From the NCBI GenBank assembly GCA_951406725.2, contig OX597816.1, positions 77,996,001 through 78,060,000 on the forward strand: a stretch of 64,000 bases of DNA, given 5' to 3'. Source of the DNA: Octopus vulgaris. Lineage: Eukaryota. The notes below the pieces were generated by a model that worked only from the letters and a program-made list of their open reading frames with translations, was not told the DNA's origin and ran no database searches. The number at the start of each line of letters is the position of its first letter. Position 1 is the stretch's first letter. A program made the position numbers and the translations under genes. Positions 1-17,923 of this stretch are shown here, in pieces.

Positions 1-383
1 TGTAACTTGTATCAAGTGTTGGAGGAGGTATTCTTTGCTCGTATTGTGGCAGCACATCTACGAGACAACTATTGGAGGTTGGAGGTTATGAGATTTGGTT
101 ATGTGAGTGATATGAAGGAACATATTTAAGGGAAGGGTTTCGTTCAACTACTTGACTGTTTTAGTAGGAAAACACATATTTGCAGTTAGAGACAGTAAGC
201 GTTAAAATGAAGGAGCTCCGGCCATTTAAATAGTTTGGAGAAACAGCAGTATTTGGGTTGTGGCACAGTGCAATAACAGATGTGTTTCTGTGATTAGACG
301 ATCCCATTAGTAGCGATAATAAATATTGGGATATCTGGAGGTGAAAAGTACGTCTAGTGTATTTGGGGCGGCAATGTGTCTGT

Positions 384-791
384 CTAGAAATGAAGCAACC
401 CCGACTAGTGAATAGAGATGGCCCAATTTTTCTCCACAACAACGCACGTCCTCACACTCCTCAAGCTACAGAATAATGAGATTCTGCAACATTCTCCCTA
501 TTCCTCTGATATCTCTCTTACTGATCATCACTTATTTAAGCATTTTGAGCTTTTCATAAGCAATTAAACATTTTTAAATAGAGAAGAGGTAATTGAATCA
601 TTCGGACAGTTTATCACAGTAAAAGATGATTTTTTTTTTTTAAGATTGAATATATGGCATAGAAAAACATTGGGTAAACGTCATAGTTTAACATGGATCA
701 TACTTTGATTAAATAAATCAGTTCTCTAACACTTCTGAAACATTTTATTGTTACCTTTCAAATACGACATTTCATGTGAAACAACCTGATA
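384..791 (+). mobile_element. Decayed mariner (Tc1/mariner) transposase 3' fragment with probable right end
   Basis: Manual translation gives LEMKQPRLVNRDGPIFLHNNARPH and, after a deletion, EILQHSPYSSDISLTDHHLFKHF. These match the mariner motifs LLHDNARPH and HPPYSPDLAPSDYHLF. Ends in a TIR-like ...GAAACAACCTGATA. Confidence 0.8.
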
Positions 792-1744
792 TTTATATAT
801 TAAGAGTTCAAAGACACAGAAAATTAAAAGAGAGAAGGTATAGTGTTATAAGTCCGACAGTTGTTCCTGGGGACCTGGAGTTAGTTTATAATGTTGGCAA
901 AATTAGTTCAGCAAAATATGCAACCAGTAAAGGAATCGAATAACCGTTAGAGAGATCCAGCCTCCGTTTTCAGGGTGGAGAGATAAAAATCTGACATTTC
1001 AGATCATGACACAGGGAAATTCAAAGGTAGACTCAAGACAGAGGTCAAGTAACCAGACGGTACGACGAAATAATAAAGAATACAAACAAGGGTTCTAAAA
1101 AATAGAAAATATATATTTTGGTAGGTATTGTACGTCCGACGACAGCTAAGTGTTTAAACTATAGACATAATGCGGTGAAAGTGACAGAAGCATACCAACC
1201 ACCGAACCGTCATCTTGTTCTCAACAACCTTATATTGACGCGGACATATGTGCTTTTCTTTTTACCGACTTAACATATTTCAATTATGTTTTAAAATATC
1301 GACACAGCTTGAATCCTCCACCCTAAATTTATCGATAAACGCCAGTCAAACAAGGCAACACTTTCAAATATATTCCCAATAAATCTTCATATATTTCATG
1401 AGTACAACACCAAAAGTAATTTTGTTTTATTCTCACTGAAATGTTAAAGATGATAGGAAATTCTTGGTAGTTTTGAAATAGCTTCGAATGCATCTCAACA
1501 CGACACTTTCTAACATCTTTACACTTCCATGCCAATTTCTCACTATTTTCACTTCTGAATATTTAGAAATTCAGCTTAGGATTTATAAACATTATCGGTT
1601 CCGACGATGAGCATTCAATTATTCGATCAACTGAAACACATAGTCATTGAATAAGTGTGCAAGTGACTGAGTGTATCATAGTCACGTTTTTCCCTTAACG
1701 GTTAATCCAGCATGATACGGGGTTAGAAGGCTGTATAGGATAAA

Positions 1745-2062
1745 AGGTGAGTACCCACTTCGGTCATGAATGACCATGGGATTGCACCTAGAAAGTTCCC
1801 CTCCGAGGAACAGGTTCGGGACCTCGCGTATCAGCCCCCCTCTCTACGCCACCGATGTTGTCTAAGGGAAAGGCAAAGGCTGATAAAACCTGGCACTAAT
1901 GACTTGTCAACTTGGCAATTCATTTCTACAGCTATGTGAACTGGAGCTACATGAAACAAAATATCTTGCTCAACAAGACAACACACAGCCCGGTTCGGAA
2001 ATCGAACGCACTACATCATGATTGCGAATCCGACGCTCTAACTACTGAGCCATGCGACTTCA
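1745..2062 (-). mobile_element. tRNA-derived SINE
   Basis: The minus strand begins with a tRNA-like head (TGGCTCAGTAGTTAGAGC A-box region, GTTCGATTTCC B-box) followed by a non-tRNA body. Confidence 0.6.
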
Positions 2063-2080
2063 CTGTGTCTGTGTACATAT

Positions 2081-2456
2081 GGGCAAAAGCCCAGTGGTTA
2101 GAGCAGCAGACTCGAGGTCGTAGGATCGCGGTTTCGATTTCTAGACCGGGCGTTGTGAGTGTTTATTGAGCAAAAACATCTAAAGCCCCACGATGCTCCG
2201 GCAGGGGCTGGTGGTGAACCCTGCTGTACTCTTTCACTACAACTTTCTCTCACTCTTTCTTCCTGTTTCTGTTGTACCTGTATTTCGAAGGGGCAGTCTT
2301 GTCACACTCTGTGATACGCTGAATCTCCCCGAGAACTACGTTAAGAGCACACGTGTCTGTGGAGTGCTCAACCACTTGCATGTTAATTTCACGAGCAGGC
2401 TGTTCTATTGATCGGATCAACTGGAACCCCCGTCGTCGTAACCGACAGAGTTCCAC

Positions 2457-2460
<4 letters not shown>
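2081..2460 (+). mobile_element. tRNA-derived SINE ending in (TA)n
   Basis: AGCCCAGTGGTTAGAGC (A-box) ... GGTTTCGATTTC (B-box) head, ~380-bp body, then (AT)n at 2459-2525. Confidence 0.6.
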
Positions 2461-2528
<68 letters not shown>

Positions 2529-3236
2529 AGAAAAAAGAAATGGAGATTGGGAAGTTGAAAAATTGTTTATTATTAACACCAAATTAACCATTATCCCTTA
2601 CATCTGTTTCAATTAATACTCAGTAAATATTTAGTAAATATTAAATTTATATGACCTGAGATTAGTATCTTCAGAGAAAAAAAATACACCATTGGATATT
2701 TTATATGTGTTTATGGATTTATTATAGCAGACTGATAAACACACACACACACACACATGCACAGAAGGCTGTATATCTTTGAATTATTGACACCACCAAT
2801 TCGAAAAGCTCTCGCAGAACTTCCGTCTAATCAAATTCACTCAAAAAGATTGGGAAACTCGAGGCTATAGTAAGAAATACTTGTCCAAGATGCTATAAAG
2901 TGAGATAACACCTGAGATCTCATGACTGTAAAGCGAACTTAACGCCTCGCCATGCCTGAAACTTATTTTTACTATTTACGACACCATGGCTGATTAGATA
3001 CTGGCATTTTGTATCAGCAGAAGAGAAATTTGTCTAAGTATGCTGTTGGTAGTGAATACTTGCTACCGATGACGCGCAAATACGCAGAAATGACGTGATC
3101 TCGCAATTCCACTGCCGCTGCTAGACACTATTAGTCAGATACTTTTGATCAGCTACTGATACTTCTGAGCTTTTTGCCCTTTACGTCTATATGAGATGCT
3201 TTCTTAAGACGAATGTCACAGCAACGTGGCTTTCTG

Positions 3237-3302
<66 letters not shown>

Positions 3303-3849
3303 TGTCCTAACACAATATCCGACGTTACCCTAGCTGAAAAGTAGCTATCACTGAAAGCATATTTCAGTTTAATGCAACACTGTTAAAAATCTCTTGAAAA
3401 GTTATCTGTCTTATAAGAAACAAAATTGTTTTCCAAGTTGCAATTGTTCAGTGTTTAATGCACTCAGTCGCAGACAAGCACTCAGTATCAATTGGATATT
3501 TCGTAATTTAATTATGTAAATAGCATATCTAATTCTTACACTTTTAGATAAATCTGAAAACAGTTTTATTTCATTTGAAGCTATTATCAACAATTAGTAT
3601 ATTGCCTTTTATTCTTGAAATTCTTAAATTATTAAAATAATTCGAAAAAATATGCAGAAACACAATTGAGAGGTAAACTACCTAGAGAGAAAAAACTATT
3701 CTTTTAACGTGTGGAAACCAGAGTACCGAAAAAAAAAACCGCACTTCTAAATATTTAAGCAGCAATTCATACTGTGATAAAGTAAAACTAATTTGATTCG
3801 ATGAGCCATGGTAGTAAATCCGTGCACATCATAGCTCTGGAGATTCTGA

Positions 3850-6100
3850 ATATTGTCATGCCATCATCTCATGATATGCAGTGTTTTTGGTTTTACCATC
3901 AAGGAGATTATGGAAGATTCCAACTCTTGAGTTTCTTAGGTAATATTGGCTAGCCAGTCCAGCAATTGACACTTAAATTAAGTTTGATATAACAAAATTT
4001 GTATGTTCTAGTAACACTCAAGTTTTGCCATTTCTGCTAAATCTAAAGAGTGAAGTGGAATTCTTGGTATAATTGTATTCCCACATTTGGTGCACCCACT
4101 AAAAATATTAGTCTCAGTAACATGTATTAGCTTCTGATCCATTTGTCATGTATCATACTACAGCAACATTGATCTAGATTATACAGCAGCATTACAGGAA
4201 ATATCTTTTTTTTAACTGAAGCCTATATGAAGAGAGACCTGAAAGCTCCAAGGAATCTTAATGCTGCAGGAGAGTGAGTTATTTCTTTCTGATTTACAGC
4301 AGTGTCTATTGGTTTGTATGTTTGACTATTTCCTGGATATTCCTGCATCAGCTGCCAGTTGAAGCCGTTAACCGCTGTTTTACATTCGTACAGCCATTTA
4401 TGTATTAGCACACCTTCGATATCAATTTGTCTGCAATCTGGGTCCATGGTATTGTAACTCCCAGAAAAAAAGCCTCTCTTCCCAACTTGTAACAACTTTT
4501 TGACAAAAATAATTAGACAGATGATCTCATCTTTGTAGTCATTCAAAATTCATTTTCATTGACTTAAAACTATGAAGTATGGAGTTCATTGTTTTTTTGT
4601 TCCTTCCGGGATCATTGGTGGAGCTGACAGAATTCGCTTAACAACAGCACTACTACTCCTCCTATTTGAGGTCTATCGTCACGCATGTCCCTCAATGACC
4701 TCCTCAAGGACTCCAGAGCTCTTTTGCATGTTTAATCAGGTATGTCTTTCTAGTTCCACGACGATCATAAACGAAGCAAATTTCAGCTTCTTATTACCAA
4801 CCCCTGTAAAAAAAAAAACAGCAGAATAGACTTCCTTCTCATCTGCAATCAGTTTGTCTTCATTATATAATGCTTCGTTCAAAATTTATGTATGTAATTT
4901 GATTGGGGGAGCCTATTTTTTTTAAGTTCTTGGATATTTATACTATTGAGTATTCCGATGATAGCGGCATTGTAAATTTCCTCAGTATACTCTATTTTCA
5001 TGTCGGGCAACAACTTGCTAAGCTTAATGTTGAAGATCTTCGATAATTTCATCATGATGTTTGTGCCAAAACTGAAGAGGATTGGGTGGCTCACAGCATT
5101 TTAACCAATTCTTGGTTGTTTGAGATAGAGAAGCTTCTGACTATAATGCATCCCACCGGCCATCATTTTTCATCAATCCAAATGTAGAACATGTCTCTGT
5201 AGGTGGCCAAACTACTGCATTGATTTTTCGAAGATGCTGAAATTAATTTGAACCTTGCACTCTTTGGAGAAATCTTAGGAAAACGTTTTTCCGTTGATAG
5301 TCATGTACTGTATACTGTTTTTCACTAACATCGACAAAACCCATGTCACGTTGATCTTCGTTACTTTCTTCATTTCCATTGCTTATTTTTCATATATTGT
5401 AGGACAGAACTTAATGGTACATCAGTTTTTGTACTTCAAGGAAAAACTTTATGTGTTATACCCCTTGGACTCTGCACTTGCTGTGCCACAATTTGCTTGA
5501 GTGAAATAAACCTGCTGAGCATTTTCCGGATGGACAGAAAACTGTTGAAAACGGGGATGTCTTCATCAACAGGTAAAAGGAAGTTTCATTGCTGCTTATA
5601 CAATGTCTTTGCTAGAATTGGTGACTTAATCGTCATTGTTTTACTGCATCGCAACAAACATTGCAGCATCAAATCTCTTAGAAACAAGTGTACAGCTATA
5701 TCCGATGCAACTAATTGAACTGCAGCACTACAAATTGATGTGTGCAATGTTTGGTTAGCAGTACACAATCAAGAATTATTGATAACTTTATGATGTTTAA
5801 TAAAGTTTTGAAAGCCTCCTTTCTCTGGTACTTTTTTTCTGCAACGATAGCCATCTCAAACTGTTTGGGTTTCCTTGAGAAATGGTCATGTAAGAGTTCT
5901 ACTTCCTACTCAAATCGAACTCCTGCTGAAGACAATACAAGAAACGTGAGCCATCCGAATTTAAGGAATACTGAGCAATTCGCAAGAAACTGGATGCTGT
6001 GTAGACGGAACGAATCTGATTAGAGAGAATTTGACTTATTAACAAGATCAACGTGTGTGAATGTGGCAAGCCCTTTTTTCTATGGCTTTAATGATGGAAA
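3850..6100 (-). mobile_element. Heavily decayed Helitron RepHel (PIF1-like helicase) remnant
   Basis: Minus-strand fragments resemble Helitron helicase motifs. Near 4600-4660, GVVVLL.SEFCQ.PPMIPEGT corresponds to GGDFRQILPVIPKGT; near 4050-4075, IIPRIPL. Many stops and frameshifts; boundaries are approximate. Confidence 0.55.
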
Positions 6101-6911
6101 CATCATTCCCAGCAAAATGCTAATAAAGAGGAGAATATATTTGATTGTAAGCGCAATTCGAACTCGTTATATCTAAGGAACTTGTCATCACTGAACTGGT
6201 TTATTACCCTCTGTTATTTTCTTTTAAAGCAGTATTTTCTATTAAAATACTGTTTTTCTATTAAAATACCTGTTTCAGTTTTCAAAAATGTTGCTTTCGT
6301 ATTAATTTATGAACTTTCATTATCTGAGCAGTAAAATAAATTTATTTCTCATGAGTTTAAACGTAAAAAAAAATTATCAAGCATTTATTACGGTCATCAA
6401 TACTATGACTGTACTACATGGATGTTTTGGGCATGATTTTAAACTGTATACAGTGCTGGGGCCCTAATTCAGGAGTTCCAGGGTTTTGAGTAGTGTGGAA
6501 CCACCTCTTAGCCACTATTATTCCCAGGTCTATTCTGACCCGGATTAGTAACACATGTGAGGATCCCAGCTATGCGTTAACTAGCTTATAGACAGAATTC
6601 ACAGAATTCACCTGTGAATATGAGAATAAACAACCCCGGACTAAATCACGAGTGGCTCCTTGCCATGTCCTAAGCACGCAGTAACCACCTAGCCAGGTTT
6701 ACATTGAAATCATGGGATGCAGCTGGATGGATGCTATCTATTTCGGCAAATGAACTTTTTGAATCAATGGCGATTATCACTAGATACTGAGCGGATGAAC
6801 AGCCAACAGGACATGCTACTGCTATCGTCTGTAGTCTAGGCGTGCACAGATGAGATTTTTCAGTTTGAGAAAGACCAATATAACTTACTCGTCCAGGCAA
6901 GTCGCCCGACT

Positions 6912-6944
<33 letters not shown>

Positions 6945-6954
6945 CGACGACGAC

Positions 6955-6986
<32 letters not shown>

Positions 6987-7013
6987 CGACGACGACGATG
7001 ATGATGATGATGA

Positions 7014-7061
<48 letters not shown>

Positions 7062-7165
7062 TGATGATGTTGATGATGATGATGATAATGATGGTGGTGG
7101 TGGTGGTGGTGGTAACGATGACGATGATGATGATGAGGTGGAGGATGACGACGATAATGACGATG
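6912..7165. repeat. Compound (GAT)n/(GAC)n/(GGT)n microsatellite
   Basis: Directly visible; it produces the spurious poly-Asp and poly-Met ORFs. Confidence 0.95.
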
Positions 7166-8089
7166 TACTACATCAAGCGAATCTACTGAACCTGGTTTTT
7201 ACGAGTTATTTATTCATTGGTGTACCATTGTCAGTTTTATTAATTATAGAAAACGCTGTATCCTTTCAAGACGATGTATGAAATCACTAGTACAGTTTTT
7301 TTTTTGTGCATTTAATAGTAAAATATTACAACTAATTTGGAAACGTGATAATACATGGCGCCACCAAAATCATGTTTCACTACGATATATAAGCATATAT
7401 ACAATTGCACCATCTTGTTTTACTTGTAACATATTTTTTTGCTGGTTTACTGAACTGTTCAATCGCGGATATAAAAATTTCCTAAAAAGTGATATTTTAC
7501 CTAAGTATTGCGATGTTATTTATAAAACATTAAATGTGTATATATAATAAACTTTATTATTGAAGTTATTTTATCACAATATTCATGGTATCGTTTTCCA
7601 TCGTTATTTATTAGTTTACTACAATTGCTCTTATTTTTCGTACTGCTAAACGAATTAATGTTAATACCTCTTACTCCATCACACTTTCGTTTCACTTCTT
7701 TCACTCTTTATTTCTTTATTTCCCTGTTTGTTACTACGAGCTTGGTGGGAAAACAACTTCATCCTTTAGCTAAGTTTCAATTTACTTCTATTATCACTCA
7801 TTTTTCTTCTATTTCTCTATAGACTAACTCCTACGTCCATACTATTTCTTTTGTATGATAGCAAACAAACGCACATTGCTAATTATCATATGTCCATCGT
7901 TTCAATAATTCAGTACAACAGTGAATCATCGGAGTAGTTGCTTGATTATATCCAGTTCAGTGTTTCCTTTTTCTGTTTTAAATTCAGTGATGATGAAGAT
8001 TAAGAAAACAAACTACTGTTTTCCGTCTTCTATATTATATTAATATAAAGGGATTCAATCGAATGTCCTCCTACCTCTAGCTATAATAT

Positions 8090-8152
<63 letters not shown>

Positions 8153-8474
8153 GCAGTGCGAACACGCTATCTTTAAGTTAGCATGTTCTTACGTTGGTTT
8201 AATATCTTTGTATCATATATTCTATAGTGTATATGCATAAGTATGCATATGGCATGCATGTAAGAAGAATGTTGGCAAGATGTACAATATGAATGAAGCT
8301 CGGACAGCAATAATGGAAAATGCAACGTAGAGCTATAAGATGAAATTCAAATATGTTAAACGAACGTGCATTTTTAAACCAGAGAAAAATTATTCCCTAA
8401 TTACTTATTTCTTTATTAAAAATATTTTCTTATTTCTTTATTATTCCCTAATTACTGCCAATAAATCTTATAAT

Positions 8475-8543
<69 letters not shown>

Positions 8544-9042
8544 ATATACTCTACGTTGCATTTTTAATGCTGTTGGTTACTAAACACACCAGCATTGTAA
8601 ATCCTATTTATGGTTATGTGTAGTGAGAAACTGCGTTCATCTCATTCACATTATTGTCACTCTTTTGATGCAAACCGAACGAAAGAAGTATATTCTTGGT
8701 TTATATATAACTTGCAGTTATATATATTGCCACATTTAAAGTTGTTACATAACAAAATGAAAGTGAAGCGAAACAAACTACAGACACACATTACATTGGT
8801 TTCATACTAAGAGAAGACCCTCGACAATTATCAAACTTATCACATGGAAAAACGGTGTTCGTCTCCATTTTGAATGAGAATGTTTTAATCCAAAATGGAT
8901 ACAAACACCATGTGACAGGGTTGATAATTGCTGAGGGACTTCCCATAACATGAAATCAATGGTAGCCTAAGTCCATGTGTGTGTGTGTGTGTGTGTATGT
9001 ATGAATGAAAGTATGTATGTATATATATATTTATATGTCTCT

Positions 9043-9271
9043 TTTATCTTTTATCTTTTTTACTTGTTTCAGTCATTTGACTGCGGCCATGCTGGAACAC
9101 CGCCTTTAGTTGAGCAAATCGACCCCAGGACTTATTCTTTGTAAGCCCAGTACTTATTCTATCGGTTTCTTTTTTGCTGAACCGCAAAGTGACGGGGACG
9201 TAAACACACCAGCATCGGTTGTCAAGAAATGCTAGGGTGACAAACACACACACACATACACACACACACAT

Positions 9272-9340
<69 letters not shown>

Positions 9341-9506
9341 TACAACAGACTTCTTTCAGTTTCCGTCTACCAAATCCACTCACAAGGCATTGGTCGGCCC
9401 GGGGCTATAGCAGAAGACACTTGCCCAAGATGCCACGCAGTGGACTGAACCCGGAACCATGTGGTTGGTTAGCAAGCTACTTACCACACAGCCACTCCTG
9501 CGCCTA
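9043..9506 (-). mobile_element. CORE-type tRNA-derived SINE with internal (TA)n/(TG)n tract; related copies at ~12830-13165 (+), 22590-22940 (+), 23935-24245 (-), 38645-38815 (-)
   Basis: The minus strand reads GGCGCAGGAGTGGCTGTGTGGTAAG...GGTTCAGTCC (A/B-box-like), then the CORE-like TTGGGCAAGT. The 3' end AATGACTGAAACAAGTAAAA...GATAAAA recurs in several copies. Confidence 0.75.
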
Positions 9507-9527
9507 TGTATATATGTATATATGCTC

Positions 9528-11205
<1,678 letters not shown>

Positions 11206-11269
11206 TTTTATATATCACAACTCGTGTTCCACATCTCCTTTTTTAAATATATATATATTCTAAATCTTT

Positions 11270-11965
11270 TATCTTGGTTTCTCTATCTAGGGTGATGTAG
11301 GATGTGTTTGGTAGTTTTCCCTAGGTAAATGTGTTCTTGGCGTATTTGTCAAGCCCAAATCTCATTTTGATATCATCACTAAATTGTTTGACTGTGTGAA
11401 AGGAATGCTTGCAGTTGTCCTTTCTCAAACAGTTTTAAGTCATCCATATAGAGATGATAGATGGCTTTTCCATACACCTTGTATCTATAATTTGTTTCAT
11501 TCAGGGTTTTGTTTGAGAAGAAACGGTGCTAAACAGATTAACAAAGGAGATAGCGAGTCTCCTTGAAAGACGCCACAATTGATATTGACTTTTACTGAGT
11601 TTATTGTAGCAGTGTTATTGATAATTATAGTCGTTTTCCAGTGTTTCATGACATGAGGTACAAAATTCCTGGTTACTGGTGAAATTTTGAATATCTCCAG
11701 GCATTCCTCTATCCAGCTGAGAGGGAGACAATCAAAAGCATTCTTGTAGTCTATCTAGGCCACTGAGACATATTTTCTCTTCTTGTAACAATCATCAGTA
11801 ATCATTTTGCTAATCAGAAGTTGATCCTTGCTTCCATATGATACATGTTCATATATTTTTTGTTCAGAAGGAAGATGTAATTAATGACGAAAGCATATGT
11901 GCGTTCCATTAGGTCAAGTGTAAGAATTTTGTACATTGTTGTAAGGCATGTTATATTATGTAAGG
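11270..11965 (-). pseudogene. Decayed R4/Dong-like reverse transcriptase fragment
   Basis: The minus strand encodes SYGSKDQLLISKMITDDC, DYKNAFDCLPLSWIEECLE and CGVFQGDSLSPLLICLAP, homologous to the RT at 45044-47122. Confidence 0.8.
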
Positions 11966-13262
11966 CATCAGAGGAGGGTACTAAAGAGCAAAAGGATCAG
12001 CTCCCTTACTTCAGAATCGGTCAGAGGTTAAGGCTGGAAATATCAGCCCATTGTCTTGCAGCAACAGCAGAGACAAACATTAGAGGTAATGAAAATAGTT
12101 GGAAAATTTTTTTAAAAAGTGAAAAAAGTGTATGAACCCAGACTAAAGACAAGTAAGAAGCCGGAAGCCACTCACAAAAAGATACCGATTCCCTTGGACT
12201 TCCTGAGTTTCCTGGTTCTCCAAACCATCAAGTATAATCTGAATTTGATTAGGTATCATAGAAATACTGTGCTGACATGGAGACGAATCGACAGAACTCT
12301 AATTATCTCTTAACAGCAAGAGTTCTGCGGCCAAAAAGATATGGGTGTTTTCTTATTTTAAAGATGCTCACACACACATTTGGTAGAATCAAGCCAGAGT
12401 GCCCGGAGAAGAAGGTGGTCCGAATCGTAGGGTGCCCCGAACTTACCATATGAGACGATTTCTGACATTTATAGAGATGGGTTGTTCTTATTTACATTTA
12501 TTTTGCGCACCAAATGTTTAGACAGTCCAAGTATATCGGTTTGTGGCCCATAAGTAAGATATTTCATTTCACATTGCTCCAGTCTCCTCAAATGAAAATA
12601 AATACTAGCCCAGTAGTGGTGCAGCCCACATTCTCTCCAGTTCTCACATTTTTGATGTTGCCTAGAATTAAGGGTGCAACGGCTATGAGTGTATTTATTT
12701 CTGTTTGAAACTGCGTAGGCCCCTACGAAAAAATTAGCAAAACCATGGTGCATGCGACCAAGTCATACGTTTTTATCACTGACGACAACGGTTTTTACGT
12801 ATTCCCTTCTTCTGTTTAGTATCTGTAGATATGTGGCTCCGGTTCAGTCCCACTGAGCGGCAACTTTGGCAAGTGTCTTCCACTATAGCCTTGGGCCGAC
12901 CAAAGCCTTGTGAGTGGATTTGGTAGACGGAAACTATATATACATATGTCTGTGTGTGTATGTGTTTGTGTCTGTTTTTGTCTCCCACCCACGCTTGACA
13001 ACCCGCGTTGGTGTGTTTATGCCCCCTTATCTCAGTGGTTTGGCAAAAGAAATCGATAAAATAAGTACCAGGCTTAAAATATGTACTGGGGTCGATTCAT
13101 TCGACTAGAATTTTTCAAAGCGGTGCCCCAGTCTAATGACTGAAACAAGAGATAAAAGATGAAAGATACATACATATATATATACATACACATACACTCA
13201 CACATATATATACATACATACACACACTCATATATATATATATATATATATATAAATACATG

Positions 13263-13350
<88 letters not shown>

Positions 13351-13393
13351 TGTATACATACATACAATTAATACTTAAACATTTTCTCGCACC

Positions 13394-13441
13394 GTCTCTG
13401 ATGAAGGGATATATAAAATATCCCGGAAACAGCTGTAAGAC
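13394..13441 (+). ncRNA. Type I hammerhead ribozyme motif (Penelope/retrozyme-type)
   Basis: GTCT-CTGATGA-A-GGGATAT-ATAAA-ATATCCC-G-GAAAC-AGCT-GTA-AGAC. Stem I is GTCT/AGAC, the core CUGAUGA and GAAA are intact, stem II has 7 bp, stem III is palindromic (ACAGCTGT), and the cleavage triplet is GUA. Confidence 0.8.
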
Positions 13442-14134
13442 CTTTTCTTGATAAATGTTATGAAAACTATTCACTGCCTTGGTTTTTTTATCTCATTCTG
13501 TCAATTTATGTATATATACATACACACACACACATTTAAATATACATACATATACATAGATACATACGCGCGCGCACACACAAATACACACACACACAAA
13601 TACACACACACACAAATACACACACACACACACACACACACTCGCATATTCTCCTTTAACAAGAATAGTATTGACAGTTACTTTCAAGATTCGAACAATC
13701 CGATGATGGCTTAACTGGCGGAAATCACTGTCAATTCTATTCTTGTAAAAGAATAATAAATTTGTCCTAGGTCAAAACAAAGACAAAAGAAAGAAGGAAC
13801 ACCTAAAAAAATGAGCCCAGACTGAAGACAAGTAGAATGCAGGAAGTTCTTCCCAGGGAGGAACCTCTCTACTTCGTCTCCAATTTTCCGTTTACACACA
13901 CTTTACGATACTTTCCATTGTATGTAAATGGCCTAATGACCAAAACAGAACAGATTATTGTTGCTGTTATCATTATTATTCTTTTCTACTGTAGGCACAA
14001 GGCCCGAAATTTTGGAGGAGGGGGCCAGTCAATTAGATCGACCCAGTATCCAACTGGTACTTAATTTATCGTTCCCGAAAGGATGAAAGGTAAAGTCAAC
14101 TACGGCGGAATTGTTATCATTATCATTAAGTCGA

Positions 14135-15720
<1,586 letters not shown>

Positions 15721-15811
15721 CATCATCACTATTACTACTACTGCTGCTACTACTGCTGCAGCAACTATTATTATACATGAATATATATATATGTATATAT
15801 TTATGTATTTA

Positions 15812-15856
<45 letters not shown>

Positions 15857-16787
15857 ATGTATGTATAAATGTATTTTTGTATGGAAATGTCTGTGGACAA
15901 TGGATGCATGTGTTTATTTACAAGCATACACATTCATACATACATACATACATACATACATACATAAATACATACATACACACGCATATGTGTATAGTTG
16001 TATCTGTGTGTGTGTGTGTGCGTGTGCGTGTAGGAAGATTACGTGCGTGTGTGTATGCACGTGCGTGTGTATGTGTGTATGTGTTCAAGTGTTCATGAGT
16101 TTGCATGCGTGTTTGCACGCTGTGTGTGGCTGTTATGTGAATCTGTGAACTTGTAACTTTACATTGATTTGATTGTGAGCAATAATCATCATCAATGACA
16201 ATCACGCCAATTTGTGCACTAAACTAAAAGATATTTTGTTATTATTTATTCATTTTGATTTCTCACTCCCGCCTAACCTTACTGTCCATTCATTCTGTAA
16301 TAACAGATGCACAACAAGCATGCCGTGGGGGCGTGGCCTAACGCCCTTCTTTAAAGAACAACAACTCGGCAAACATTTTAATTGGACTATCACCAAACCG
16401 ACCACTTAAAGACATGATAGCCATCGATATTTCATATTCCAGTCCAGCATTCCTCCTCCTCCTCCTCTTCTTCTTCTTCCTCCTTCCCACCTGTCATTCC
16501 TGTCACCACCACTTCCACACTGTTTCATCTCTTTCACTCTTCACCAACGCAAAAAGCTAGAAACGAAGTATGAACAATATAACGACGTCCGTGCAGAGTA
16601 GCGACGACAAAATATGTATGTGCATATGTATATATGTGTATATATTTATGCATGCATATGTACATATGTGGGTGGTAGGTGTATATATATATATAAAGTG
16701 TAAATACACATACGCATACATACACGTGTAGGAGTGTCTGTGTGTGCGCATATATATATATATATATAGATAGATAGATAGATAGAT

Positions 16788-16845
<58 letters not shown>

Positions 16846-16848
<3 letters not shown>

Positions 16849-16960
16849 CATATACATATACACATTCACACACACACACACACAAACAAACAAACATATA
16901 CATTTCTATATATACTGAAACCAGTAAAACAATAAAAAGAATATAGATAGATTGATAGAC

Positions 16961-17048
<88 letters not shown>

Positions 17049-17160
17049 CATATACATATACACATTCACACACACACACACACAAACAAACAAACATATA
17101 CATTTCTATATATACTGAAACCAGTAAAACAATAAAAAGAATATAGATAGATTGATAGAC

Positions 17161-17195
<35 letters not shown>
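16846..17195. repeat. Direct tandem duplication with ~200-bp period, embedded in microsatellites
   Basis: The unique core CATTTCTATATATACTGAAACCAGTAAAACAATAAAAAGAATATAGATAGATTG occurs at 16901 and 17101. Confidence 0.85.
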
Positions 17196-17197
<2 letters not shown>

Positions 17198-17319
17198 CAT
17201 AGACATACGTATGTACATATATATATGTGTGTGTGTGTGTGTGTAGATGCATATATATATATACATGTATGCATGTGTGTATGTAGATATTTACATATAT
17301 ACAAATAAGTATGTGTGTG

Positions 17320-17375
<56 letters not shown>

Positions 17376-17389
17376 TATATACATATTTA

Positions 17390-17461
<72 letters not shown>

Positions 17462-17923
17462 CATACACACACGCACATGTGGGGAGAGAGATAGGGGAGG
17501 GAGAAAAAACTGCTTATCTAACTCTAACTCTCTTCCGAAATACGCCAACACAAATTCGAACACTCACATACATATGCATATGTACACACACACACACAGA
17601 GGCACGCACACATTCACACACACATACATACACACTGTGGGACTGACGCACGCAAAGTATGAAAGGCGTGGTCGGATACATGCAAGTGTACGTGTCCATC
17701 TGTGCATGTGTGCATGTGAGTGTAGAGATGTCTATGTGCATGCGCATGCATTTAACTGAGTGTGTGCGCGTATGTGTGTGTGCGTATGTGTGTCTGTGTA
17801 AGCGCACGTGTGTGGACTTGTACAATGTGGGAATGCGTGTGATAAAAGAAGGCGTGATAAGGAATGTGATAATCAAGCTGGTATCAAACTACGGTGAAGT
17901 ATTGTTATTCAGTTTGAGAAGTA

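Noticed and set aside
1-383. Possible LINE 3' remnant on the minus strand (similarly 25830-26350 on +)
   Set aside because: Similarity too weak to support by eye.
6850-7281. 143-aa poly-Asp ORF
   Set aside because: Translation of a (GAT/GAC)n microsatellite; no gene context.
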